64,000 nucleotides of DNA, taken from the NCBI GenBank assembly GCA_009914755.4, contig CP086569.2, positions 3,680,001 to 3,744,000 on the forward strand. The letters are read 5' to 3'. A program made the translations under genes and the position numbers. The notes under the pieces are model-generated. The model saw nothing but the letters and a program-made list of their open reading frames with translations. It made no database searches and had not been told where the DNA came from. Of this stretch, positions 30,499 through 43,812 are shown piece after piece; within the stretch, counting starts at the first letter, position 1; every line of letters begins with the position of its first letter. This stretch comes from the human T2T-CHM13v2.0 reference genome, Homo sapiens.

Positions 30499-33400
30499 AT
30501 ATATACATATTGTAAATTATATATTATATAAATATTTGTACATTCTTATATTATATATATTAATATACATAAATATATATTTATATATACATATATACAC
30601 GTATGTATGTATATATGTATGTATACATATATACATGTGTGTATGTATATATGTATACATATATACATGTATATGTATACATATATACAGTTATATATAA
30701 ATATACATATATATGTATAACAATATATATAAATATACGTATATCAATATATAAATGTATGTATATCTATATATAAATCTATGTATATCTATATATAAAT
30801 ACATATGTATATCTATATATAAATATATATGTATATCAATATATATAAATATATATGTATATCAATACATAAATATATATGTATATCTATATATGTATAT
30901 GAATATATATAAAAATATATATGTATATAAATATATATACATATATAAATACACAAAAATATACATATATGCATATTTTTATACATAATATATAAAAATA
31001 TATGTATATATTATATGATATATTATAAATATAATATATTATATTATATAAATATATTATAAATATATATTAAATATTATATTAATATATTATAAATAAA
31101 ATATATATTATATAATATATTATGAATATAATATATTCCATATATTATATAATATATTATAAATATAATATATTCCATATATTATGTAACCTATTGTAAA
31201 TATAATATATTCTATATATTATAGAATATATTATAAATATAATATATTCGATATATTATAGAATATATTATGAATATAATACATATGTTATATAATATAT
31301 TATATATAATATATTATATACGTTATGTAACATATTATAAGTATAATATATTATATATGTTATATAATATATTATAAGTATAATATATTATATATTATAT
31401 AAATATAAATATATATAAATATATTATAAATGTAATATATTATATATTATATATAATATATTATGTTTACATATACAATATATTATATTTAAATATAATA
31501 TATTATATTTACATATATAATATATTATATATGTAAACATAATATATTATATATAAATATAATATATTATGTTTACATATATAATATATTATATATAAAT
31601 AATATATTTATTTATATATATATATATAAATAATATATTATTTATATATAATATATTATATATAAATATAATATATTATTATCATATATTATATATCATA
31701 ATATATATAATATATGATAATAATATATTATATAAATTATATATAAAAATATAATATTGTATATATAATATATTATATATAAAAATATAATACATTCAAA
31801 TAGAATATATTATATTATAATTTATATTATAATATATTTATATTTATATATAAATATAAATATAACATATAATAGATTGTAAATATATTATATATTATAA
31901 GTATAATATATTCTATAAATTATATATAAATATATATAATATATTATAACAATATAAATTTAAATTTAAATTTAAATTTATATATGAATACAAATATAAA
32001 TATAAATATATAAAAATATTTTCATATAAATATATAAATATATAAATATTTTTATATATAAATATATATAAACATTTTTATACATAAAAATTGATAAAAT
32101 ATAAAATTATATTTATATATAATATAAAATATATATTTTATTATGTATAGTATACAATAGATATATATTTTATTATATATTTTGTATATATAATATACAT
32201 TATATTTTTATATATAATATATATTATATTTTATATATAATATACATTATATTTTTACATAGTATACATTATATTTTATATATAATATACATTATATTAT
32301 ATATTATATACATATATAATATGTAATATATACATATATTATATATATTATATACATATACATAATATATATTATATACATATATTATATAATACATACA
32401 TATATATTATACATTATATATATTATATATTATATACACAATATACATTATATATTATATACACAATATACATTATATATTATATACACAATATACATTA
32501 TATATTATATACAATATACATTATATATTATATACAATATACATTATATATTATATACAATATACATTATATATTATATATAATATACATTATATATTGT
32601 ATATAATATACATTATATAGTGTATACAATATACATTATATATTATATACAATATACATTATATATTATATATAATATACATTACATTTTATATATAATA
32701 TACATTACATTTTATATATGATATACATTACATTTTTATATATAATGTACAGTACATTTTATATATAATATACATTACATTTTATATATAATATACACTA
32801 CATTTTATATATATAATATACATTAAATTTTATATATATACTATACATTATATTCTATATACTATACATTATATTCTATATACTATACATTATGTTCTAT
32901 ATAATATATAGTATTTTATATATATTATATTTAATATATTTTATATATATCATATTTAATATGTATTATATATAATATACATTATATTACATTATATATA
33001 ATATGTATGATGTATAATATGTTATATTTTATATATACTATATAATATGTTTTATATATAATATATAATATATATTATATTATGTTTTATATATAATATA
33101 TAGTATATATTATATTATGTTTTATATATAATATAAAATATATATTATATTATGTTTTATATATAATATAAAATATATATTATATTATATTTTATATATA
33201 ATATATATTATATGTTTTATACATATAATATATATTTTATATATATTACATTTTATATATATTATAATATATATTATATTTTATATAATATAAATTATAT
33301 TTTATATATATTATATACTATATTTTATATATAATATATTATATACTATATTTCATATATAATATATAATATACTATATTTCATATATAATATATAATGT

Positions 33401-34390
33401 AGTATATTTTATATATAATATATAGTATATTTTATATTTTATATACAATATATTATATTTTATATTTTATATACAATATATTATATTTTATATTTTATAT
33501 ACAATATATTATATTTTATATTTTATATACAATATTATATATTTTATATACAATATATTTTATATTATATATTTTAAATATAATATATTTCATATGATAT
33601 ATTTTATATGTAATATATTTCATATGATATATTTTATATATAATATATTTCATATGATATATTTTATATATAATATATTTCATATGATATATTTTATATG
33701 TAAAATATTTTATATGAGATAGTTTTTATGTAATATATTTTATATGATATATTTTATATGTAATATATTTTATATGATATATTTTATATATTATATATTT
33801 TATATTATATTTTATATATTATATATTTTATATTGTATTTTATATATTATATATTTTATATTATATTTTATATATTATATATTTTATATTATATTTTATA
33901 TATTTTATATGTTGTTTTGTATTTTATGTATAATATATTTTATATTATATTTTATATATAATATGTTTTATATTATATTTTATATATAATATGTTTTATA
34001 TTATATTTTATATATAATATGTTTTATATTATATTTTATATATAATATATTTTATATTTTATATAGTATATATTTTATTTTGTAATATATATTATATATT
34101 TTATTTTATACATAATATATATTATGTATTTTATTTTATATATAATATATATTATGTATCATATTTTATATTTATATACATTTATATATTATATACAAAA
34201 TATATATTATTTTTTATACATATAGCGTGTATATATATTATATACAAAGTATATAAAAATATATATTATATATATTTTGTATATAATTTATATATAAATA
34301 TATATTATATTATATATAAATACTATATAGAATATTATATAAATATATAAAATTATATAAATGTTATATATTTATATAAAATATATAAAA
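30499..34390. repeat. ~3.9-kb almost pure A/T compound minisatellite array. Sub-blocks run from TATACATA/TGTATATA-type units, through ATATTATATAA-type units and ~26-27-bp ATACATTATATATTATATACAAT units, to ~30-40-bp TTTTATAT-containing units.
   Basis: The tandem periodicities are directly visible, for example 32440-32680 (tatacacaatatacattatatattata)n, 33400-33560 ~40-bp units and 33580-33720 ~32-bp units (atattttatatgtaatatatttcatatgatat). G and C are very rare. Confidence 0.95.
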
Positions 34391-34503
34391 TTGTAGGACT
34401 TTGCCTTATGAGGGTGTGAGCCAAGTCTCCCTAATTATATATTTATGAAAGGAAGTTTATTAGGGAGACTTGGCTCACACCCTCACAAGGCAAAGTTCTA
34501 CAA
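34391..34503. repeat. Near-perfect 45-bp inverted repeat (2 mismatches) with a 23-bp AT loop, lying at the junction between the AT array and the MLT1-like LTR
   Basis: Left arm ttgtaggactttgccttatgagggtgtgagccaagtctccctaat (34391-34435). Loop tatatatttatgaaaggaagttt. Right arm attagggagacttggctcacaccctcacaaggcaaagttctacaa (34459-34503). Confidence 0.9.
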
Positions 34504-35242
34504 TAGGCTGTCTGCAAGCTAGGGAAGAAGGCAGCCAGCAGTGGCTCAGTACAAGTCTGAAATCTTCAAAAGCAGGGAAGTTGACAGTGCAACCTTCGGT
34601 CTGTGGCCAAAGGCTTGAGAGCCACTGGCAAACCACTGTTGTAAGTCCAAGAGTCCAAAGGCCAAAGATATCGAAGACGTCTGATATCGAAGGGCAGGAG
34701 GAGTGGAAGGGATATCCAGCAATGGAGAAAGAGTCTCAGGAAGCAAGTTTATCCCATCTACCACCTGCTTTGTTTTTGCTGCCCTGGTAACAGATTGGAT
34801 GGTGGCCACCCAAATTGTGGGTGGGTCTTCCTCCCTCAGTTCACTGACTCAAATGTCAATCTCCTCTGGCAACATTCTCATAGACACACCCAGAAATAAT
34901 ACTTTATCAGCCATCTAGCCATCCTTTAATGCAATCAAGTTGACACCTAATATTAACCATTACAGAGCTTATGCCCAGGCAAAAGTGAGGCAGCATAAGA
35001 GAGAGAGAGAATTATCTGGCTGACTCCTCAGAGGGATTTGGAAAGAAAGTTTTAAAGGGGCTACAGTGGGAAAGGAGTGATATTTAGGCATATAGATGTG
35101 GGGATCTTTTAACACCTGCAGTTTGTTAGCATGCTTCTTCATGTATCGCATGTCTTATTAGCATGTTAAATCTCTAAACTTGGGTGTGATTTTTTAATTA
35201 AGGTAAGGTTAAGGATTAGTTATTTTACTGGCCTTATGCACA
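34459..35242 (-). mobile_element. MaLR LTR, MLT1-like
   Basis: The reverse complement reads tgtgcataagg…attaggtgtcaacttgattgcattaaaggatggctagatggctgataaagtattatttctgggtgtgtctatgagaatgttgccagaggagattgacatttgagtcagtgaactgagg…cacaatttgggtggccaccatccaatctgtt…cttgcagacagcc…gtgagccaagtctccctaataaacttcc. This resembles the MLT1 consensus as I remember it; the length is longer than expected. Confidence 0.55.
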
Positions 35243-38200
35243 AGCAGGAAATAGAGTTAACTTCTGTTGCAGGAATCGGGAGACTGGATAGACCAATGGG
35301 TGGAACAGGAGGATTTTATTAGGTGGCCACTGACTCAGCAGATTAACATCCAAAGGCTGAGCCCCAGATAAAGACAGGGCTTGACTTTTATACACACTTC
35401 TGAAAGGGGGTTGGCTAGTTTGAATGGTGCAGCAGGAATTTGATGGCACAAAACCTGTGTGGCAGGCAAGCGGGCTTACAGAAGCAAAACAAAGGCAGTT
35501 AATTAAGTTGTGACAGGTCTCGCAACCCAAGCACAGCTTGTGACCTTGCAGCTGCACTGCAGGGAAAACAGGAACTTACAAAACTTGTAAAACACTGGTG
35601 TTTTTAGAAATAGTTATGAGAAAGGAATTTGTTATTTTCTTTTCTTATCCTCGCTCCGGGGAGGGGGTCTTGTTCAGAGTGTCTCTGGACCTCATTCCTT
35701 TGGGCTCTGGCTTTACAGATAGTGTTATCTAGGCTCTGCCAGGGCCCTGCCTATTGCTGGCCTTGGAGTGAGTCAGCCAAGCACAGGAAAACTTGTTTTT
35801 TCCCTTTTTAACTTCTGCTTCACTTCCTTGAGTAAAATTTATGGTGAGAGCTGCACATTGTAGTTTCCTCAAGGCCTTGCAATCAGTGAGTATGGCACTT
35901 TAAGCAATATTGATGACGCAAATGTTCCTGGATCCATGAGGTCTGGCTGCTTGTTCTCATAGTCCAATAACGGGATGCAGACAGATTGGGAAAGAAGATT
36001 TATTTCTGCAACTGGTTACAGGGAGAAGGTCGGAGTAACTAACCAGACCAACTCACAGTTGCAATTTATTTTAGCTTATATATATAATTGAAGCTTTTTG
36101 CTTGCCTGCAGGAGTGTTTCTTAATCAATCTAATCTTAACTAGGGGTCTGCAAGTAGGAAAGTTTATTAGATTTCTTCCTGAATGGACGAGTTTAAGAAA
36201 ATCCAGGTAGGATTTTAATGAGTTTGTTTTACATTCTACCCCTTGTACTTGCATTAGTTGCTCCAGTTCTTTAATGTTTAACTTATATATTCATCAGAAT
36301 TACAGTAAAGTATTTGTAAAAACTGGCTGCTGTGTCTGCTAATGGAAATCTGGCGTGGCACACAAGGTCCGGGTGGTCTGGTTGGGATCCCTGCCTCCCA
36401 AAGGGCCCCCCTATCAGCTTTCAGTAGAAGTCCTTGGTGGGGCACAAGGGTGGCAAGTGCCAAGTTCCATAGCTAATCTCTCTCAATGGAAAGAATTAAC
36501 AGAAATGTTTTACTGCCCCTTGCTCTGCTATGTATGTCTGTGTACATGAGTATGCATTGGAAAGCAATATGTTTCAGGAAAGTAGAGTGGAAATTACAAG
36601 GTACAGATTCTATTGCTGCATCTACCAGTGTGCTATGTGATCTTGAGCAATCATTTATTCCTTCTGACTTAGTAATAAGCCGTTAGCAAAATAGCCATGA
36701 TAATTATCTTCAGTTCCTATCTGAATTATTATGACAATTAAATGTACTAACCGATATAAATATATTTGCTAATTTGTCACATTTGTTACATTATTAGTAA
36801 AATGTGTAGAGTATACACATTTTTATATTTTTTAAAGAAATAACTGGTTAAAGAAACAAAAAGTGATTAAATTGATAGCAATTTTTAGTATTTTATATTA
36901 CTTTAATGTTTATTGACAAAGGCTACTTTTATATCAAAATAATATTTTTTAATATCAAGTATAAACTAGTTTTAAGTGCAGTGTGTCTATCCAAAAAGTC
37001 ATTGCAATACACAGCATATCAAATTAAATTATTTTAAGCAATCTTCACTGAAAAATCTCTGTTTTCTCTCATCTCTCTGCCACCTTTAACTGCAAATTTG
37101 AAATACTCATTAATACAGCAAAGTGTTTAAGAGCAGGGACTCTCAAGTTTAAATCTTAGATCTGCAATTTACTAATCATGCAGCCTTTAGCAATTTTTAT
37201 ACCTTATATTTACTGCTAATTTTAAAAATGAGTATAATAATAGTATCAACCTCACTGGATTATTGTGAATATTAATTTATAAATTTTAAAGAAAGCATTT
37301 ATAATTTTGCCTAGAACATATTGATAGCTCCATAAATGTTAACTATTTTACCATCACACTTTACCTTGCCTAAAATTCCTTTCTATGGTCAAGTAAAACC
37401 CTTCAAAAATATTAAATTCTATTTATCCTCAATTTCCAACATTTTGCTGTTCATAATGCTTCACTGAAATGCTAAGGAACTTTCAATAGACTAGTACAAT
37501 CTTTTACACTCACAATACTTTCATCCTTTGTCATGCTCGAGAAAAAATATGTAACTCAACAGGAAAGTGGTCTAAAGATCCTAAGGTAAAGAATAAATAA
37601 AAAGCAAAGGCTGTGAGTAACTCTAGCATCTACCACTAAAAGAAGATGCTTTTAATATTTGGTCACAAGAAAAACTTGTCTTCTACAGTAATAAATTTGA
37701 ATAAGAAAGCATGATGCTATATTTACTACTGATAACCATTTTTGACCATATGAGGAACCAACCTTGGGGAAGATGGAAAGTGAATTGTCTCTGGAGCTGG
37801 ACTTTGTGGGTTTGATTACTATGCTGCTGTGTGACTTTGGCAGATTATATAGCTTCTCTGAACTTCAGTAGTTTTTGTTATACAATGTAAGGATAATAAT
37901 GGTAGTTACATTGCAGTGAAAAAGAACAACATGTGTAAATAAATGTAATTTAGTAAAGTGCCCAACTCGTACTAAATACTAGTTACTATTAACATTATTA
38001 TTAGAATAAAGCCAATTCTATAGAAAGTAGTGGAGAAACAGAAAGAACCTGAGCTCTAGATGACAATATCAAATCACTGACTCAATTAAATTGAAAACTA
38101 CACACCGTCTGTACTCCTTGTCATGTGATATAGTAAATTACTTTATTCTTCAAGTTAATTGAAGTGAAGGGTTTTACAAATCACAGCTGACAGGTATGTG

Positions 38201-38360
38201 TGTGTATACAGATATATATCCCTTTTAAATTTAAATGAGAATGTTTAAAAATATGTTTCACATCTTTTTTATCTTTTTAACATAATAATGTATCTTTAAT
38301 TTCTTTTTGATCATTACAGCTATATTTACCCCATTCTCTTTAACAGTCACATACCATTCC

Positions 38361-38625
38361 ATTGTATGGTAATACCAAAATGTATATGTATTAGTTTTCT
38401 ATTGTGTAAAAAAATCTCAGAAATTCAGCAGCTTAAAACAACACACATTTATTGTCTTAAATTTTCTGTAGATCAGAATTTCAGATACGGATTAGTCAAT
38501 TCTTTCCCACAAGCCCTAAAAAAAAGCTAAAATCAAGGTACCAGTCAAGTCTGCGATCTCACCTGGAACTTGAGATTCTCTTCCAAGCTTGGAGTTTTGT
38601 GTTTTTTTGTTAAGATGGCAGTCAT
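38361..38625 (+). mobile_element. Ancient interspersed repeat, family 'C' (copy 2)
   Basis: attgtatggtaataccaaaatgtatatgtattagttttctattg…cagaatttcagatacgg…ccaagcttggagttttg. Confidence 0.5.
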
Positions 38626-40262
38626 TCTGGTATTTTTAAAAAAGTAACAAAAGCAGTATATAAACTATAGAAAAATCTATATACAGTTGGAAACACTTTT
38701 TGAAGTAAGAAAAGTAAAACATTATATTCCCACAACCCAGAGATCACAAATAATAATACTTTAGTGGGTATCTGCTTATCTATTGACATATATATTTCCT
38801 TTTATACATATCTATGCATTTTTAATCAAAATGTAATCACACTGTTTATATTGCTTTGTAACATGCTACAATATTTCCCCCCTCATTAACACTCTCTGTC
38901 TTCCCAGAGCAATAAAATGTAATCTCCTCTGGTACCCATTCTTGCTTCAAATCCTTAGTCCACTCAAAAATGAACCTCCATATGTGTTTAGCTATTTGGA
39001 AGCTCTCCATACCTCATTCTTTTAGGCCTTTATGGGGACTTCATTGGAAAGGCATGATTAAAGCATAAACAACTGTGTAGAAATGTGATTGGACAAAAAG
39101 GGTATAATCTAATACTAACAGGCTGAGTGGGAAGAAGTCACAATATCTGTCTATTCTGATTCCTCTTGTCCTCTCTGTGCATCGTTTTTTCATCTAGGGT
39201 TTGGGACAAGACCTCTTCTGAAATGAGAGTCATATGACTTACAATTAGACAAGGTGGGCTGGAGAATTTCTTTATGCCCACCTCCAAGACAGAAAGGCAG
39301 AGGAAAATTTCTGCCTTGGGAAGAAAAAGTAGCAGATGAAAAAAGGGCAGGATAAGAACAAAAAGAAAGAGATTCTGTTTTCTGAGGCCTGCTTGTGAGG
39401 GCTAAAGCAATACAACAATTATAGCAGGGGCTATGGGAGGGGAGTTATGAGCTACAAACCATGGATTAAAACAAATATACATATGTAATAATATCACAGT
39501 CGCCTTTTATGTCTCATTTTTACCCCATAACATCATGTTTCAAGGTTTGTCTGAGTTGTAGATGTATCTGCACCTAACTCCTTTTAATGACTGAATGCAT
39601 TTCATTATATGCCATATTTTGTTTATTCATTCATCTATGGAAATTTGTGTTTTCTCCATTTTTTGAATATTGTGAATAATGCTGCTATAAACATTAATGT
39701 ATGAGTTTTGTTGTAGACATATGTTTGCAATTCTCTTAGATATATAACAAAAAGTAAAATTGCTGTGTCATATGGTAACCATATGCAAAACCTTTTGAGA
39801 AACTGAAACCCTGTATTTCCCTACACAGTGGCTTTCCCATTTTATCTTGCCATCAACAATTTATGAGTGCCCTCCTATACATCCTTGCCAGTGCTTGTCA
39901 TTTATCTTTCTATTATTATTTTTGTTATTATTATTATTGCCATCTAGTGTGTGTAAAGTAGATTCTGATAATGGTTTTGATTTGCATTTTCCTGATGACT
40001 AACAATGTTGAGAATATTTCATGTGTTTATCTGACATTTTTATATCTTCTTGGAAAAGTGTCATTTAAATTATGTGTCTGCTTTTATTGTGTTATTTCTC
40101 TTTTTTATTTTTAAAAAGTATTCATATATTCTGGATACAGGTTCCTTGTCAGATCTATGATTTCCAAATATTTTCTCCCATTCTGTGATTAGTTTCTATT
40201 TTTGGGTTTTGGGTTTCTTTTACTTTATTGATAGTATCCTTAGAAACATAAAAGGCTTTATT

Positions 40263-40584
<322 letters not shown>

Positions 40585-41850
40585 TTATTTTAATGAAGTT
40601 CAAGTTATCTATTTATTGTTTTATTATTTGTATGTTTAGTATCGTATCTAAGAAAATTTTGCCAAACGAAAGATCATAAAGGGTTACATACATGTTTCAT
40701 AGTTTCATTTCTTACATTTCTTGCTTTGACCTATTTTGAGGTAAAATTTTATATGCTGAAAGAGTCCAACATCAATTGTTCAAAATAGTAATCGAATTGT
40801 GTTTACACACTTTTTAAAAATCAATTGACTATAGCAATCTAGATTTATTTCTGAAATCTCAATTTTATTCAATTTATATGTATGCATGTTCTTGTCCCAG
40901 CACCTCACTGCCTTTACTTCTGTATCTTTGAAGTAAGTTTTGATATTGAAAATGTGAGTACTTCAAATTTGTTTTTCTGATATAAAATGGTTTGGACTAG
41001 TTGAGTTCCTTAAATTTCTATATGAATTTTAGGGCTATCTTGTCAATTTGTGCAAAAATGCTATTAAAATTTTAATAGGCTTCAAATAGAATCTATAATT
41101 ACCTTAGACAGTGTTTGCCATTTTAATAATATTACATCTTCTAATCCATTAACACAATAATGTTTTTCTTTTTATTTAGCCTTTAAATTCTTTTCATGAT
41201 ATTTTGCAGTTTTTAATATGAGAGTTTTAAAGTTGTTTAATTTTTTCTTAAGTATTTTATCTTTGTGATGTTATTGTTAATAGAATTGTTTTTGTAATTG
41301 TGTTTTCCAATTAATTGCTACAGTACAGAAATATGATTGATTTTTGAAGACTCTCAAAACTATTTATTAGCTCTAATAGTAGATTCTTTATAATTTTTCA
41401 TTTATGAGATGTCATCTGAATAGAGACTGAGTTACTTCTGTCTTTCCAATCTAGATGCATATTATTTATTTCTTTTTTTCTTTGCCTAAATGATTCAACT
41501 AGAGCCTTAAATTAAAAAAAAAAAAGAGTTGATATCCTTGTCTTTTTCTTCATCTTAAGTGTGAAAGCTTTTAGTCTTTTACCAGTAAGTATGATGTTGT
41601 TAACTATGGATTTTTCATAGATGCCCTTTATTGGATTGAGGAAGATCCTGTCTATTTCTACCTTCTTGTTTGCTTTTATAATGATGGGTGTTTAATTCTG
41701 TCAGAAATTTTCATATATATAGATATAATAATGTAATTTTTCCTTTTTTCTATTAATATGTTGTATTATTTTGACTAATTTTCTTATGATGAATCATAAG
41801 TGCAATCCTGGAATAAATCACCCTTACTTGTGTTTTATTGGTAGTGAAAC

Positions 41851-42504
41851 CGTACGGGTCTGCAGCAACCTCAATTCTTGCCTCCTCAGAAGAAAGAATT
41901 CAACTGAGAGGCATAAGTCAGAAGGAGAGACTGAGGCAAGTTTTAGAGCAGGAGTGAAAGTTTAATAAAAAGTTCTAGAGAAGGAAAAAAAGGAAGCAAA
42001 GTGCACTTGGAAGAGGGCCAAGTGGGTGACTTGAAGGACATATGCCCTGTTTGGCCTTGGACTTAGGGTTTTATATGCTGGCCTATTTTAGGAATCTTGT
42101 GTCCCTTTTCCCTGGATTCTTCCCTTGGGGCGGGCTGCCCACATGCACAGCGTGTTTATTGGAGTTGTACACATGTTCACTTGAGGCATTCTTCCCATTG
42201 CTAGTGGAATGCCCCCAGAAGGTTATATACCAGTTAAACTCCACCATTTTGCCTCTTAATGTGCATGCTTGACCTCTCTCACCTAACTCCTGAGATCTTA
42301 CTGGGAAGCTGTTGATTATAGTTACAGGTGTTTTTACCTATTGGGAAAATGCCTTTCCCTTCTGCTGGCTGCAACCAATTATTATTTTAGAGAGGCAGTT
42401 AACAACTGCCTGACCATCACCTAATGGTTACCTGACTTTGCTAGTGGGGTGTCTGGGGAGGCTCTCTCCTGTTCTGCTCATGCCTGACTAGCTATCTACT
42501 GTAA
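41851..42504 (+). mobile_element. Solo LTR-like element, family 'A'
   Basis: cgtacgggtctgcagcaacctcaattcttgcctcctcagaagaaagaattcaactgagaggc…tataccagttaaactccaccattttgcctcttaatg…ctgactagctatctactgtaata; aligns with 12990-13667. Confidence 0.5.
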
Positions 42505-43669
42505 TATGTGGTGTTCAGTCATTTTTATAGGCTGCTCAAATTGTTTTGCTAGCATATTGTTGAGGATTTTGTGTCTTTATTCATAAAGTATATTTTCTTA
42601 TGACTTCCTGGTTTTGTTGTCAAGGAATGTAATACTAGCCACATAGAATAATTCATCTCAAAATATTTTCTAGTTCTGTTGTATTTTCATTGACTCATTG
42701 GTTATTTGGTAGTGTGCTGTTTATTTTTCACAAATTGGTGAATTTACATTTTTCTTTTTTTTAAAAAAATCTACCTTCATTCCATTTTCAATGAAGAATA
42801 CACTTCATATTATTTAAATCTGTATGCCTCTTGGAACATGTCTTCAACACTCAAGCAATGACAATTCTGCTTCAGTCTTTACTTCCTGTTTATGCAGAGC
42901 CTCAGGATCTATCAGAGTTGACAGCTTAAAGCCTTCTCAGGTCACTTCTGAGCATGTGTACTGACCTGGGTATTTATATAGCTTTCTATGTATGTGCCCT
43001 TCTAGCTTCCCAGAAATATGTCAGAACTTCCCAAAATACTTACAGACACCTTATTCTGCAACTTTTAATTTTAAGCTTTTGGTTAGTGTACTTGATTCAA
43101 TTTTTATCTAGTACCTCAGGCGTCCATGAAATTAAACAATTGCCTGCAATAATTGTTAACAAATGCTCCCAGGAAGGAGACTGCTCAAGTTGGGCAAGCT
43201 CTAAGTTAGGTCAAATGCACACAATATTCTTAGTGAGGTCTTCCATGGAACTAAGACAGAGACCAACTAATGACTATCCTCTGGGAATGGGGTTTTGCAG
43301 AAGCTTCAGTGTCATTTTTATTTTTTGGTTTCTGCCTGGCTACTGGTCTTCATTGGAAATATGGGCTGTTAGTTTTCAGTTAAACTGCAGAGCTAGAGAG
43401 CAGGAGATTGGACCAAGGCAAGTTAAAACACCACAAAGATCAATATTATTAAATTTTTTTTTAATAGAACATCTGAGGATTTTTTTTTGTAATTTCTATC
43501 ATTCTGAAAAACTTGGTTCTGACAATAGTTGCCAGTTTTCTATTTGTTTTTAAGAAGAAAAGACATTTTGGAGGTTCTTACCATTTCTACTGAGTTATTT
43601 TCATTGATTGTTGGAAAAATTTAATTTTCTGTACTCATATCACTAATATTTCCACTTTCTTTTTTCTTT

Positions 43670-43812
43670 CTTTTTCTTTTTTTTTTTTTTAGACAGTCTT
43701 GGTCTGTCACCCAGGCTAGAGTACAGTGGTATGATCTCAGGGGACTGCAACCTCCACCTCCCAGACTCAAGTGATCCTCCCACCTCATCCTCCCAAAGCG
43801 TTGAAATTACAG
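43670..43812 (-). mobile_element. Alu fragment (right-arm portion)
   Basis: tttttttttttttagacagtcttggtctgtcacccaggctagagtacagtggtatgatctcaggggactgcaacctccacctcccagactcaagtgatcctcccacctcatcctcccaaagcgttgaaattacag. Confidence 0.8.

Noticed and set aside
30499-34390. Could the periodic AT repeats be a CRISPR array?
   Set aside because: There is no alternation of a conserved direct repeat with unique spacers. The units are degenerate, G/C-free and of shifting length, and the host sequence is primate. This is a eukaryotic minisatellite.
30485-34400. Many ORF-track 'proteins' rich in Y/I/L/N/K/F (e.g. 30485-30700, 30755-30988, 33744-33989; likewise 19170-19588 and 61949-62430)
   Set aside because: They are translations of TA/TATATGTA-type tandem repeats, where stop codons are locally avoided by repeat phase. 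They are not coding.
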